Source of the DNA: Candidatus Poribacteria bacterium
GTDB taxonomy: Bacteria > Poribacteria > WGA-4E > PCPOR2b
NCBI GenBank assembly: GCA_965218095.1
Contig: OZ244587.1
Location: 1,696,001 to 1,760,000, forward strand
Length of the DNA stretch: 64,000 nucleotides
Direction: 5' to 3'
The position numbers were made by a program, and so were the translations under genes. A model generated the notes under the pieces. The model searched no databases. It saw only the letters and a list, made by a program, of their open reading frames with translations, and had not been told where the DNA came from. This document shows, piece by piece, positions 31,525 to 42,854 of this stretch (position 1 is its first letter; every line of letters begins with the position of its first letter).

Positions 31525-32953
31525 GATGAAAGAAAACGATCAATTCATTGCCGAACTTTCAGATATCGTCGCATCCACGTATGTGATCACCGATCCAACC
31601 TCGCTTTCCGTTTACGAGTGCGATGGTGCAACACTGTTCAAAGCAACCCCCGATGCTGTCGTTTTTGCCACAACGGCGCAAGAGGTCTCAGCGATTGTTA
31701 AGCTGGCGAACAAGCACAACGTGCCTTTCATTGCGCGGGGTGCAGGGACCGGCTTGAGTGGGGGCATGCTTCCTGTCGAGGGTGGCATCATTATTGCCTT
31801 AAACCGAATGAATCGTATCCTCGAAATCGACTTGGCAAACCAGCGGGCAGTGGTCGAGCCAGGCGTTGTAAACCTCTGGTTGACGCAAGCCGTTCAGGAT
31901 GATGGTTACTATTACGCGCCAGATCCTTCTAGCCAGCAGGCGTGCAGCATCGGCGGGAACATCGCTGAGAATTCGGGTGGCCCCCACACCCTCAAATATG
32001 GCGTCACCTCAAACCACATATTGGGGCTAGAAGTGGTGTTGACCGATGGCGAGATAGTCGAATTCGGCGGCGCCGTTGAAGAGACCCCCGGCTATGACAT
32101 TCGTGGCGTCATGATTGGCTCCGAAGGGACATTCGGCATCGTGACAAAGGCAATTGTCCGGCTCTCACGCCAGCCTGAAGGTTATCAAACCCTGCTTGGT
32201 GTGTTTGAAACCATCGACGATGCATCGAATGCGGTTTCCAGCATTATTGGCGCGGGCATCATTCCCAGCGCTTTAGAGATGATGGATCATCTTGTTATCA
32301 AAGCGGTTGAAGAGGCATTTCACTGGGGATTTCCGCTTGATGCGGGTGCAGTTCTCATCGTTGAATTAGATGGTATCAAGGCAGGAATGCAGAGTCAAGC
32401 CGAGCAGATTACTGAAATCTTCAATAACTACAACTGCCGGGAAGTCCGCTATGCCAAAGACGATGCCGATCGACAGAAGATTTGGAAATCGCGCAAAAGT
32501 GCGTTCGGGTCGTTTGGGCGGCTTGCGCCAAACTATATTACGCAAGATGGCGTGGTGCCTCGCACTCAGCTTCCCAAAGTCCTCAGAAGGGTCGCGGAAA
32601 TTTCCGAAAAGTACGACATTCCGATCGCGAATGTTTTCCACGCCGGTGATGGCAATATCCACCCAATTGTGCTGTTTGACGAACGCGATCCAGTCCAGTG
32701 CGAGCGTGTCGATGCGGTGAACACAGAGATTCTCGTCGCTTGCGCTGAAGCCGGCGGAACCATCACCGGTGAACACGGCATCGGGGTGGAAAAAATGGAC
32801 TACATGCCATTGATTTTCAGCCCAGAAGATCTGGCAGTGATGGCAACCATTAAAGAGATTTTCAACCCGTTGGGATTATGCAACCCCGGCAAAATTTTCC
32901 CAACTGCCGAATCGTATACAAAGCTTGGGTTAGAACAGTACGAAGCTGACTGA
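31525..32953 (+). CDS. glcD: FAD-linked oxidase, glycolate oxidase subunit GlcD-like
   Basis: RGAGTGLSGG, PDPSSQ, GSEGTFG, HAGDGNIHP, GEHGIG, NPGKIF; start approximate (MKEND). Confidence 0.88.
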
Positions 32954-32969
32954 AAGAGAGGAGGATTTT

Positions 32970-33668
32970 ATGAAATACTGGAATCAGGCTTTACAATTGG
33001 CCATTGTTGTCGTTGTAGCGGTTGGCATTGGGTGTGCCCCCCCGGCGAGCTCCCCAGAAGCCTCCCAAGCCCCAACTGATGAATCAGCAGCAGCGGAATC
33101 TTTATCCACCGATACCCCGAAACTGGATAATTTTGACCAACCAGATGGCTCCCTGTTTGAAATTAAAGAGCCAAACAAAATTGAAGGTGGGCAGTTGCAT
33201 CTACAAGCCTCACAGGAAGGTGCGGTTCTGCTATCATCTGCGGAAAGTCTATCACCGAAGGAATACAACGTATCGGTCAAAGTCATGCCGCCAAGCGTTG
33301 GTGAATACGTTGGGTTAGCCTTTGCTGTCCGGGGCGAAAATTCACGTATTCTGTTTTATGTATACCGACCGGCGGGAGCAGATCCGTTCGGCAAGCGGTG
33401 TAACGTCGGAGTGGAGGGGTATGTTGGTGGAAGGAAAATGCGTGCGCCGGATATTCGTGTACGCGAAGTTAGCTTTCAAAAGGATGCCCCAATCAAGCTT
33501 TCCATACGCCACCTTGGCCAAAATGTGACGCTTTCGATTAACGACGAGAATATCGGACGCTTTCACGAGCGATCGCTAAAACCGGGCAAGGTGGGCGTGT
33601 ACGGAAAATCTCAACACGGAGACAGTAGCCCCGCAATTGTCAAATTTAATAGCTTTGGGGTTGAGTAA
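32970..33668 (+). CDS. Hypothetical lipoprotein with beta-sandwich (DUF1080-like) domain
   Basis: GIGC lipobox; GLAF, SIND, GKVGVY pattern. Confidence 0.6.
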   Translation: MKYWNQALQLAIVVVVAVGIGCAPPASSPEASQAPTDESAAAESLSTDTPKLDNFDQPDGSLFEIKEPNKIEGGQLHLQASQEGAVLLSSAESLSPKEYNVSVKVMPPSVGEYVGLAFAVRGENSRILFYVYRPAGADPFGKRCNVGVEGYVGGRKMRAPDIRVREVSFQKDAPIKLSIRHLGQNVTLSINDENIGRFHERSLKPGKVGVYGKSQHGDSSPAIVKFNSFGVE

Positions 33669-33678
33669 CTTATTGATA

Positions 33679-35419
33679 ACCCAAGTTGCTAGGTTCTGTT
33701 GACATTTCAAGGGAGCCATATAAGAGTGGAGACAAAGCTGAGAAATCCAAAATAACGGACAGCTAGCTTCTCAAACCGAGAGAAGATACGACGATACCAT
33801 TTTATCTTGTTGATGAAACATTCAACCCGATGTCTCTCTTTGTATAAGTGTTTGTCATACATTCTTTGGTCAACACGATGACTTTTTGGCGGTATCACCG
33901 CAATTGCTCCATTCGCCTCAATAACCGCGATAAAAGCGTCCGAATCGTACCCCTTGTCTCCAATCACATATTCACTGTTATATCCGATTATCAACCCTTC
34001 CGCCTCAGTTATGTCATGTCTCTGACCGGGGGTCAGATGAATTCTTAGGGGATTGCCTAGTCCGTCAACTGTGATGTGATTTTTTGTACTGAAACCGCCC
34101 CGAGAGCGACCTAATGCTTGGTTTTCAGTGCCACCCTTTTTTTTAAGGTGCCCGCCGCAGACGGGTGAGCGCGGCAGATGGTACTGTCCACAATAAGCGA
34201 CTCGATATCGGGGTCAGAGGCGAAGTGGTGGTGCATCTGTGTGAAGCCCCCTTTGTCGCACCATCGAGCAAACCGCTTGTAGCGGGTGTTCCATTTGCCA
34301 TAGGTGTCTGGTAGAATCCGCCATTGAGCCCCACTACGAGTCACCCACAGGACGGCTTCGACGAAGCGGCGTGTAGCAGCTTCGTCGCCAACATAGATGG
34401 TGGGACAGCTTAGAAGAAACCGGTATATCTTATTCCATTGTTCATCAGGTAAGGTTATTGGCGTCATTCTTCTATTATGCCACAACCTTATACTCAAATG
34501 TCAACAGAACCTAGTAATTGAAAATCCATGGGTTTTCCGTTAAAGTAGAGGTAATCCAAACCATAATACCTCAAAGGAGAAACCCATGGACATCCAAATT
34601 GCAACCATTTTCTATCTCTGTGACAAGCGCTTAGAAGCACTCAACTCAAAACCACACCCACAAACGCAGATGTCTGATGCCGAAGTGATGACCACCGGCA
34701 TCGTCGCTGCGTTGTTCTTCGGGGCAAACTTGCAAACCACTTGTGACTTTCTAAAGACTCATGGCTATATACCCAAGATGCTTTCAAAAAGTCGATTAAA
34801 CCGATGTTCACCACATTGTTCAAAATCTTGGGACGAAGCTATGTGCAACTTAATCAACAGAAAATCTATGCACTGGATACCATACCAATTGCTGTTTGTT
34901 CCGCATTCGTCGGTCAAAAATCTACACCGATAAGGCATATCGAGGCTATCAAGCGTCCAAACGTCGGTATTTCTATGGCTTGAAAGTTCATCTGCTAGTG
35001 ACTGCGAGTCGACACCCTGTTGAATTTTTTGTGACCCCAGCCAGTACAGGGGACGTTGAAGGGTTACAGTGGTTTGACTTCAACTTGCCACCGGGCTATG
35101 GTGACAAAGCATACAATAATTATGAGATAGAAGATATTGTTACATCAGTCGGAGTCGAATTAAAGCCAGTACGCAAGAAGAATTCCAAGCGGCTGTATCC
35201 ACCATGGGAGACCTACTTGGCTAATTACCATCGTAAGTCTGTTGAGACGGCTGGCAGTTTGATTAACAAACTGCTTCCACGTTCAATCCATGCAGTAACG
35301 CAACACGGATTTGAATTGAAAGTGGTCTTGTTTGTATTGGCTAGCAGTATCAATCAGCTCTGAGTTCACTCACATATTCAGTTCACTCACATATTCGATG
35401 AATAGGTCGCAACTTGGGT
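33679..35419 (+). mobile_element. IS982-family element copy 2 (frameshifted), interrupted by IS5 next to its left TIR
   Basis: Near-identical to 3024-3956; TIRs at 33679 and 35409-35419; no matching target duplication. Confidence 0.88.
33692..34511 (-). mobile_element. IS5-family element (two-ORF type, A-run frameshift), 820 bp
   Basis: TIR GGTTCTGTTGACATTT, TA duplication; orfA RSGAQWR.LP..YGKW, IVDST; orfB GDKGYDSD, YKERHRVECFINKIK. Confidence 0.93.
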
Positions 35420-35978
35420 TAATACTACCGAAATATACCAAGTCCGGATGCGGGGCTTTGGGCTCGTCGAGCACCTCGTACGGCCTCTTGCCGGACAGGT
35501 GGCTGCTAGGCACTACGCGCGTTGGGCCGTTGTCCTCAGTGAAGTTCATCAGCGGCCACATCGAGTTACAGAAGTAGAATGCACCTGCAGCATCCTTGGC
35601 GCAGCCATCCGTATGCAGGTCCTAGTTCTCATCGGCGGGCGGCCAGTGGGGACCTGATGCGTGGACTCCCATCGAAAAGAACTCCACTTGAAACACATGG
35701 GCCACCGCAGCCAACACGCGCAGACGAGTCAAACAGACGTCGTACACGTCCGACCTGCACTTGTTCTGCGTGTTCTCGACTGTGGTCGGCGCGCCCTCCT
35801 GGCCCGTTCGTTCGAGCTCCCACAACTGCTCGTTTGCCGCGAGTATCCGCGCCGCTTGTTCGCGTGTGTAGATGCCTTCTAGCGGCAAATAACCGTCCCG
35901 GTCTAACTTTTCCTTCTCCGTAATGGTGAGTGTGTCATCACGAACGCCCAATTCATATAGTGCTTGCCAGAACTCCAT
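35420..35978 (-). pseudogene. Phytanoyl-CoA dioxygenase family protein, in-frame TAG and IS-truncated
   Basis: LDRDGYL, *DLHTD, FTEDNGPTRVVPSSH; TAG at 35622-35624. Confidence 0.8.
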
Positions 35979-36080
35979 CGTCTGTTCTCCTCGGGCCTTA
36001 TGCCCAGATTAAGCATACCTTCTGTATCGGTATTCCTATCGAACAAATTTCTAAAACCCGATACGATAGAAAGCAAAATG

Positions 36081-36465
36081 ATACGAGTTTTTCACTTAAA
36101 GCGCAATTACGCCGAGCCTGTCCCGATTTATCGGGATCGAGTAGGAGTTTACGACATATCAAGACTAATCATACCAACGCTCACGTGGTTTCGATACGTT
36201 TCGCTACTCAACCGACGTTCGCTAACTGAAAAACTCGTAAAATGACTATATCACGACCCATAAACCGAGTCAAGCGTAAAATCGCAGAAATTTCCAAAGC
36301 GTTTGACAGATAAGCCGACTTCACCCCAACAAAGCGCACTTGAGATCTCTTTAGGAAATTCACACAGATACCAATTCGGATCTAAGGGTACGACTTTTTC
36401 AGTTATGGCAGGATCTCAATCCATCATTTCAAACCCAAACAGGTATATAAGTGAAAAACTCGTAT
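36081..36465. mobile_element. MITE with perfect 18-bp inverted ends
   Basis: ATACGAGTTTTTCACTTA / TAAGTGAAAAACTCGTAT; an extra internal end copy at about 36227-36239. Confidence 0.7.
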
Positions 36466-36484
36466 TGGGATGGTGATTCGGTCG

Positions 36485-37441
36485 CTATTCTGGCAAAGTC
36501 CCCTCGATCTGATCCACGAGATGAATCGAATGAATCACGTCGCGGAGATCACTGGTCGGGACTTTTTTGTTACGCACGCAGTCCAGGAAATGTTCGTGCA
36601 TCGTCAGGGTGCCGTCATACCGACGCGCATCCTGCTCATCCACGCCATCAACCTCCCAGCCGCCCATTGTATGGCTCTGGTCATCCTCATAGATTTCGAT
36701 CTCCTGTGGGATTTTCATGTAACACCCGATTCCTACCCCGTGAAGTTCTGAGCGAAGGACACGCCCGCCGGACGCCCGATTTCCAAGCACGACACCTGTC
36801 GCATTGTTATCAAAGCGAACCAGCGCGGTATAGCAGTTTCGGCTCTGACCGCCGAACTTGTCTCGATACGCTGTCACCTCTACAGGCTCTCCACCTGCCA
36901 TATACCGCAGAAGGTCCACAACATGACACACATCGTTCCAGAGCGTTGTCGAGAACTCCTTGCCGTCGCCGCCGAGTCTCTGCTTATTGAATGTGGTTAC
37001 AGCCGTGGAGACGGGACCTTTCTCCGCCAAGCGGCGCATTGCTTCGCGAGTCACCGCAGCATGGCGCCGTTGAAATCCGACCATCGCATAGACATCGTTT
37101 GCGACTGCCGCGTCGAGCATCTGCTGTGTCTCATCACTGGTGGCACCCGGCGGCTTCTCGATGAAGATATGTTTCCCCGCATTCAGGCAGTCGAGCGCAG
37201 GTTGCAATATCCACTCCTCGCGCATCACGCAGTAGATGACATCCAGATCCACCGTATTGAGCATTTTGCGGTGATCTGTGAACGTATGTGGAAATTCATA
37301 TTTCTTGGCGACCTGATTGAGTCGTTCCTCGTCAAGCTCGCATACCGCGACCATCTCGATATCATCCTCAAGACGATTCACGTTTGGATAGTGCGCGCCT
37401 TGACTTCGACCGCCGGCGCCGATAAATCCTGCTTTTAACAT
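36485..37441 (-). CDS. Gfo/Idh/MocA family oxidoreductase
   Basis: GFIGAGG, IEKPPG, VGFQRR, DVCHVVD. Confidence 0.92.
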   Translation of the reverse strand: MLKAGFIGAGGRSQGAHYPNVNRLEDDIEMVAVCELDEERLNQVAKKYEFPHTFTDHRKMLNTVDLDVIYCVMREEWILQPALDCLNAGKHIFIEKPPGATSDETQQMLDAAVANDVYAMVGFQRRHAAVTREAMRRLAEKGPVSTAVTTFNKQRLGGDGKEFSTTLWNDVCHVVDLLRYMAGGEPVEVTAYRDKFGGQSRNCYTALVRFDNNATGVVLGNRASGGRVLRSELHGVGIGCYMKIPQEIEIYEDDQSHTMGGWEVDGVDEQDARRYDGTLTMHEHFLDCVRNKKVPTSDLRDVIHSIHLVDQIEGTLPE

Positions 37442-37466
37442 GGTGATTCCTTTCTTGTTTGTGTAC

Positions 37467-37600
37467 TAAGAACCTATTTAAAAAGTCTGGGGGCAAACAT
37501 CAAACCAACCCTGATTAGGACGACGTTGGTGTCCGAAATGATGAATTTTTCGTCAATGCCCGTAAACACTGGGTTGATCTGAATTATTAGATAGGCTCTA
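37467..37600. repeat. MITE; the same end recurs at 44732-44764
   Basis: AGAACCTATTTAAAAAGTC / GAATTATTAGATAGGCTCTA ends. Confidence 0.6.
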
Positions 37601-37730
37601 AGTACCTGCCCATAAATTTTCGTGCTTTTTCAGGGCAGGGCGAATACGATCAAATATACAGAAACTTCTGTCTGGATACATATCACTAAATCTTTGAGAA
37701 GCCACATCGGAACTGGAAATTAAAATCGCT

Positions 37731-37787
37731 ACAGTTCATGAGTTCATCAGTTCAGGGGTTCATTGAACCTTTGAACTTTTGAACTCA
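37731..37787. repeat. Hairpin of 8-bp tandem units (4 x NNNGTTCA, then 3 x TGAACNNN) inside a MITE-like frame (37682-37847)
   Basis: ACAGTTCA TGAGTTCA TCAGTTCA GGGGTTCA T TGAACCTT TGAACTTT TGAACTCA. Confidence 0.85.
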
Positions 37788-37885
37788 AATTCCGTGTTGT
37801 GTTCTCAATACGCCAACTGGAACAGGTTTTCTCACACATTTAGTGATGCATGCCATCCCGTACTTTGCTCACCGGAAAATGAGCA

Positions 37886-39384
37886 TTAGCGCAAGCCAAT
37901 CTCTGTGAGTCGCGCTTCGTCGCCCAGAAAAGCCCCCTGCCGCAGCAGTTCCTGCTGCAAGATCTTGACATTAAGGGTCTTTGGTGTGACCCTCAGCTTC
38001 GTGGCCACAGCGGCAGCAATACCAGTCACTTCTCCTAAGGCCATAATGGCGGGCCGGGCTCGCATTCCCGTCGGGTCATGGCCACGGCGAAGGTAGCCCG
38101 AGCATCGCCCGGTGACCAGCAGTCCATCTAGTCCTTTGGGGAGGATCATCCGATAGGGGGCATCAAACCCGGATGGGTCGCCCCCATGCACCGGCTGCCC
38201 CTCGTGGATGTTCCGAAACATCACATCATCGAGTTTCTGACCGGTGTAGGCTTCCGAGGGGGTGATGGTGTATTCTGCATCAATGCAGGGACCGCCCCGT
38301 GCCCCAAAGTAAGGTGCCGTGAACAGCAAGTAAGCGCCCTCGAACCCCGGCGCGTTGTTGCGGAAGAACTGCACGGTTTCGTAAGCCTGCACTCGCACCG
38401 CTGCTTCCAGCCGAGAGTGTCGCTTCATGTCCTCACGGCGAATCTCGCCATGGGCGTTTATTCGGCTACTTCCAAGCCCATCACCAGATTGACCTGTCAC
38501 GGCGCTCTGCCCAAATCGCCCAATTCCGGCACTCGCTATATGAACTCTTGGCTCCGGATCTCTCGTGTGCCGAAATTCCCCGCGCTCCCACGCCTGGCGC
38601 AAACTCGGCAACAGCGGCGGGGGAAACCCGCCCGTATTCCGGTGCTGTCTTAACCAGGCTCGATCTGCTTCACTGAGTGTCACCTGACTCGCCGTGAACG
38701 CTTCGTAAGCCTCAAAGTCAATATTGGCGACGAGGTAGAACAGCGCCGTATCATTCCATGTACGGTATTCGGGACTGTTGAACCCAGGCATGGACTGATG
38801 GGGCCGGATGAGCGGCGCATACGACGGGTCAGGCAGCAATTCAGTGATGACCGGCACCCCGGCTCGGCGGGCAATGTCCGCGTCAGCCGAAGCATCGACG
38901 ACCACCTTGGCTTTCACCGCGACCCGCCCCGACTTCCCTTCGACGAACAGCCCGCTGACCCGGTCGCCTTCAATAATCGGGTCCGCCGCCCACACCGCCA
39001 ACAGCAGTTCTACGCCAAATTCTTCGGCCATCTTGACTCCGAGGTATGAGACAAGGCTGGTTTCATCCGCGTAGTTGGGCGCTGGGACAGCGCGCATCGC
39101 CTCCACCCGGTCAATCAGCGCTTTGGGGATACCGGATAAGCCGCCGACTAGCGAGCCTTCCGCCTCGTTATACAGTCCTCCAGCGGCGATCATCGCTGTC
39201 CCAATATTGCCGCCCAGACTGGCAAAGCGATCAATTAGGAGGGTCTTTGCCCCCTGCTTCCCCGCAGCGAGCGCTGCAAACAGCCCGGCAACCCTGCTCC
39301 GACCACTACCACATCTACGTCGTAGGCAATCGGTACCTGCTTTTCTGGTTCGACCACATATCCTTTTGATTCATCTGCTCCCAT
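37886..39384 (-). pseudogene. FAD-dependent oxidoreductase with a single frameshift in the GxGxxG region
   Basis: ATG 39384 gives YDVDVVVVGAG; adding one G near 39292 restores VAGLFAALAAGKQGAKTLLIDR...LGG; VVDASADAD, PYRMILPK, GRC. Confidence 0.8.
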
Positions 39385-39406
39385 TGTACTCCTCACTTGT
39401 ATAACA

Positions 39407-39502
39407 ACTCAAGTTGCTAAGTAAATTATAATTTCTTTCATCTACATGGATCCGCGCCAGGAGCGGAGTCCCTGGACTGAAAGTTAAACAAACTATTTAT
39501 AA
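39407..39502. repeat. MITE with IS982-like end; second copy at 44641-44731
   Basis: Shared TTATAATTTCTTTCATCTACAT.GATCCGCGCCAGGAGCGGAGTCCCTGGACTGAAAGTT.AACAAACTATTTATAA. Confidence 0.85.
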
Positions 39503-39506
39503 AATA

Positions 39507-39804
39507 TAGGAGTTACGCAGTTGGTGTTAAAGTGTAAAGCGGTTGAGCCAGATAGGCACGAACCGCTTCTCTGATAAGCGAGACTTTCGCTTCAAACCAA
39601 CTGATGCCGGTCGAAAAACAGTGCCGCTCTAGGCGTAGAAACGCTCGCAATGCCAGCCCAATATGATGGCGTTGCGCAGCTTCCTTGCGAACTATGCACC
39701 TCTCAACACCGACAAATTCTTGATGCCTTGATGGTATTGTTCAATCGCCCAAGACAGTTCGTCATACTTGAGCCGAAACAGTGCGTCGCTCGTTGCCCAG
39801 TATT
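39507..39804 (-). mobile_element. IS701-like transposase 3' remnant, cut by IS3
   Basis: TAGGAGTTACGCAG end; encodes WAIEQYHQGIK..., similar to 53643-53920. Confidence 0.75.
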
Positions 39805-41042
39805 TGTACTGCCATCGGAAATTTAGCCCATTGTCTAAACCAAGATTGTGATACAATGACAGTCAGATTGAAAGGAGAATCCGATGGCAAAACGAAGAAG
39901 ATTCACACCCCAATTTAAGGCGGAAGTCGTTATTGAGGCACTTACCAACCAAAGTTCACAAGCGCAACTCTGTCGACAGCATAACCTCAGCGAAGAACAA
40001 CTATCAAAGTGGAAACACCAACTCCTTGACAACGCAGCGATTCTCTTTGAATCCACTGATAAGCAATCCAACGACTCTAAAGAGCGGATTGCTCAACTGG
40101 AGCAACTCCTCGGTCGATTGACCCTAGCATTAGACATCCAAAAAAAGCCTCGACTTGGCTGACTTGAATCGGTTTCAAAAGCGACAGATGGTTGAGGCTT
40201 TACAGACCGATTACTCGGTTCGACACATTTGTGAGGTTCTCGGCTTCAATCAGAGCAGTCTCTATTATCAATCTAAAAGCGACCCCTTAGAGCTAGTGCT
40301 ACGAGATGAAATCGAAAAACTATCTGCCCGTTATCCGAAATATGGCTATAGGCGTATCACGCAGTTGCTGTTGCGTATGGGATACACGGTCGGTTACCGA
40401 CGCATCGCCCGATTGATGAAAGCGGATAATCTGTGGGTCGCCGTAAAATGTGGCAGTCAAACCACCCAATCGTTTGACTGTGTTGGTCAATCGGTCAATC
40501 GGGTTGAGAATCTTGACATCTGTCGAAGCAATCAAGTTTGGGTCGGTGATATCACCTATGTCCGACTCAAAGGACAATTCGTCTATGTTTCGGTGTTAAT
40601 CGATGTCTTGACCCGAATGATAAGAGGTTGGCAGATGAGTCGGCACTTGACACAACCTCTCACATTAAGACCGTTGCAACAGGCATTAAGCCAAAGCATT
40701 CCAGAAATTCATCATAGCGACCAGGGAGTTGAGTATCTTCCGACAGCCTATATTTCCACGCTTATTGGTCATGGGGTTGAGATTTCCTTAGCGCATTGGG
40801 GGCGTCCGTGGGAGAACGGCTATGCTGAGAGGCTGATAAGAACCCTCAAGGAGGAAGAGGTCCATCTCAATGACTACGATGATATAATGGATGCCAGAGC
40901 GCGAATCGGTCATTTTATTGGACAGGTTTATAACCAGAAACGACCTCACTCGGCGTTAGGGTATTTGACGCCAGTTGAATTTGAGCAAAAACACTTGTCT
41001 TAACTTTGATGATTTCTGGTCTAAATTAACGTTGGTACTTCA
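39805..41042 (+). mobile_element. IS3-family element (orfA 39884-40162, orfB 40155-41003)
   Basis: TG...CA imperfect TIRs; RRFTPQFKAEVV; A7 slippery run at about 40140; YGYRRI, WVGDITY, HHSDQG, ENGYAER, YNQKRPHSALGY. Confidence 0.92.
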
Positions 41043-41320
41043 GTTTACCGCTACGGAGATAATCAGGCATAAAAACCTGTCCACCGAGCGGATTAGATAT
41101 TTCATCTAAGAACCTAAAGGAATCCCGACAAAGCGGTTGCAGGTAGTGATATATAACCTGTAAAGGAAGTCTAAGGGCAACGCAACCTATCGCAACCTTA
41201 GAACCCTCAAACCTTCTACAGTTTAATCACCACTTATGACTGGGCAAGCCGTATGCGGTGAAAGTCGCACGTACAGTTTAGATGGGGGGGAAAACCCGTA
41301 AGGGTTCTACCTATCCATAC
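41043..41320 (+). ncRNA. Group II intron 3' portion (domains V-VI clear), apparently ORF-less and 5'-truncated by IS3
   Basis: DV AAGCCGTATGCGGTGAAAGTCGCACGTACAGTTT (41246-41279); DVI GATGGGGGGG...CTACCTATCCAT ending AC at 41320. Confidence 0.85.
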
Positions 41321-41425
41321 GGATTCTTGGAAACAATGTGGTAAGATATAGCGGTTAAACTCCTTAGGAGAAACTTGCTTGGGAATACTGTTGTATTTCT
41401 GTTGCTTTTGATCTTCGTGTTCCAT
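41321..41425 (-). pseudogene. N-terminal remnant of a probable transposase interrupted by the intron
   Basis: MEHEDQKQQKYNSIPKQVSPKEFNRYILPH; ends at the intron 3' boundary. Confidence 0.45.
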
Positions 41426-41593
41426 ATAATACTTTCATAAAGTGAATGAGTATCCAAAGTGGAAATTTTGGGACATAAATTATCTCCCTTCCTTTCTCTA
41501 TTTTACCACATCTTTAATGTTTTACTCAATATAACTTCCGTAAGTAAAAGGGTTTATGCTATCACTGTTATTCAAAATGGAACTTTTACAGTC

Positions 41594-42854
41594 TAAAGTG
41601 GACCCTATGCTCAAGGCCAAAGTAATGGAAAAATAAGTAAGATGTTTGAGATATACCGACGCTGTTTTAGCCGAGATACACCTCAGCCGGCGTTGCATAA
41701 TCAAGACTCTGGTGCGGTCGTTGCTCATTATAGAAACGGATATAGTTAGCTAATCCATCAAAAAGGGCTTGTCCCGTCTGGTAGAGTTTCTGGTAAACAT
41801 CTTCGTACTTGACGGAGCACGAAAACCGCTCGATGTAAATGTTGTCAATGGCTCGACCCACGCCATCCATACTCATACGCAATACCAGCAATTTCAATAG
41901 TATTGGTGAAAGCATTGGCGGTAAACTGGACGCCTTGGTCGGTATTGAAGATGGTAGGGGTTGCCCAAGCTAATACGCGATGCAAGGCGTCGAGGCAGAA
42001 CTGACCTTCTAGACGATTGGATAGCTCCCAAGTAATGACGTAACGACTATACCAGTCGAGTATCGCAACCAGATACATAAACCCTTTATTCATCGGTAGA
42101 TATGTGATGTCTGCTAACCAGACCTCATTGGGAGTTTCAACCACATAATCACGCAACAGGTATGGGTAAATCCGATGCTTGCTGTTGATGGCTGAGGACT
42201 TGAGTTTGGGATAAATCGCTTCTATGCCCAGTATCTTCATCAGTCGCTGAACCTGCTTGCGATTGACATCTATGCCAAGGCGTTTGAGATATTGGGTCAT
42301 TCGGCGGCTACCGTAAAAGGGTGTCTTCATATACTGCTCATCAATCAGCTACATCAACCTGAGATTTTCCTCCGATTCTTGTGCGGGTTGGTAGTAGAGC
42401 GTTGAGCGGGAAAAACCAAGCAACTCACACTGGCGACGAATACTCAGCTTAGGATGGTTCGCTTCAATCCATGCGCGTTTTTGTTCAACTCAATGGGGTC
42501 GCTTTTTTTCAACCAGTCGAGTTCCATATTCAGCCGACCGATTTGTTCATATAGGTCTGACTCCCTTTGGTGCTGCTTGAGTTGATGTTTGGCAGCGATG
42601 TTAGATAAAATTTGGCTCCCTTGGTCAAGGGGTTGTTTTTTCCACTGACTGATTTGGCTGGGGTGCAGTTGGTGTTCACTTGCCAGTTGATTGATACTTT
42701 TGTCTGCCCTTATCGCCTCAATAGCAATAGTAAACTTGAACTTGGCGGTGTGCCGAATTCTTTTCGTAGACATATTGGACCCTCCATTTTGAATGAGTAT
42801 TCATTCGACGAATTTCTGACTTAATTGGTGGCACAGATTTCGGGATCCATTATA
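41594..42854 (-). mobile_element. Second IS3-family element, orfB frameshifted
   Basis: orfA RHTAKFKFTIA...LYEQIGRLNMELDWLKK with A7 run; orfB PFYGSRRM, WLADITY, FNTDQG, DNIYIER, YNEQRPHQSL; imperfect TIRs. Confidence 0.88.

Noticed and set aside
20778-35624. Genome-wide TAG reassignment
   Set aside because: Intact genes (peptidase, pgl, mrp, cysK) end properly in TAG
39285-39300. Programmed frameshift in the FAD oxidoreductase
   Set aside because: A single missing G in a short run with no slippery heptamer; mutation or sequencing error is more likely
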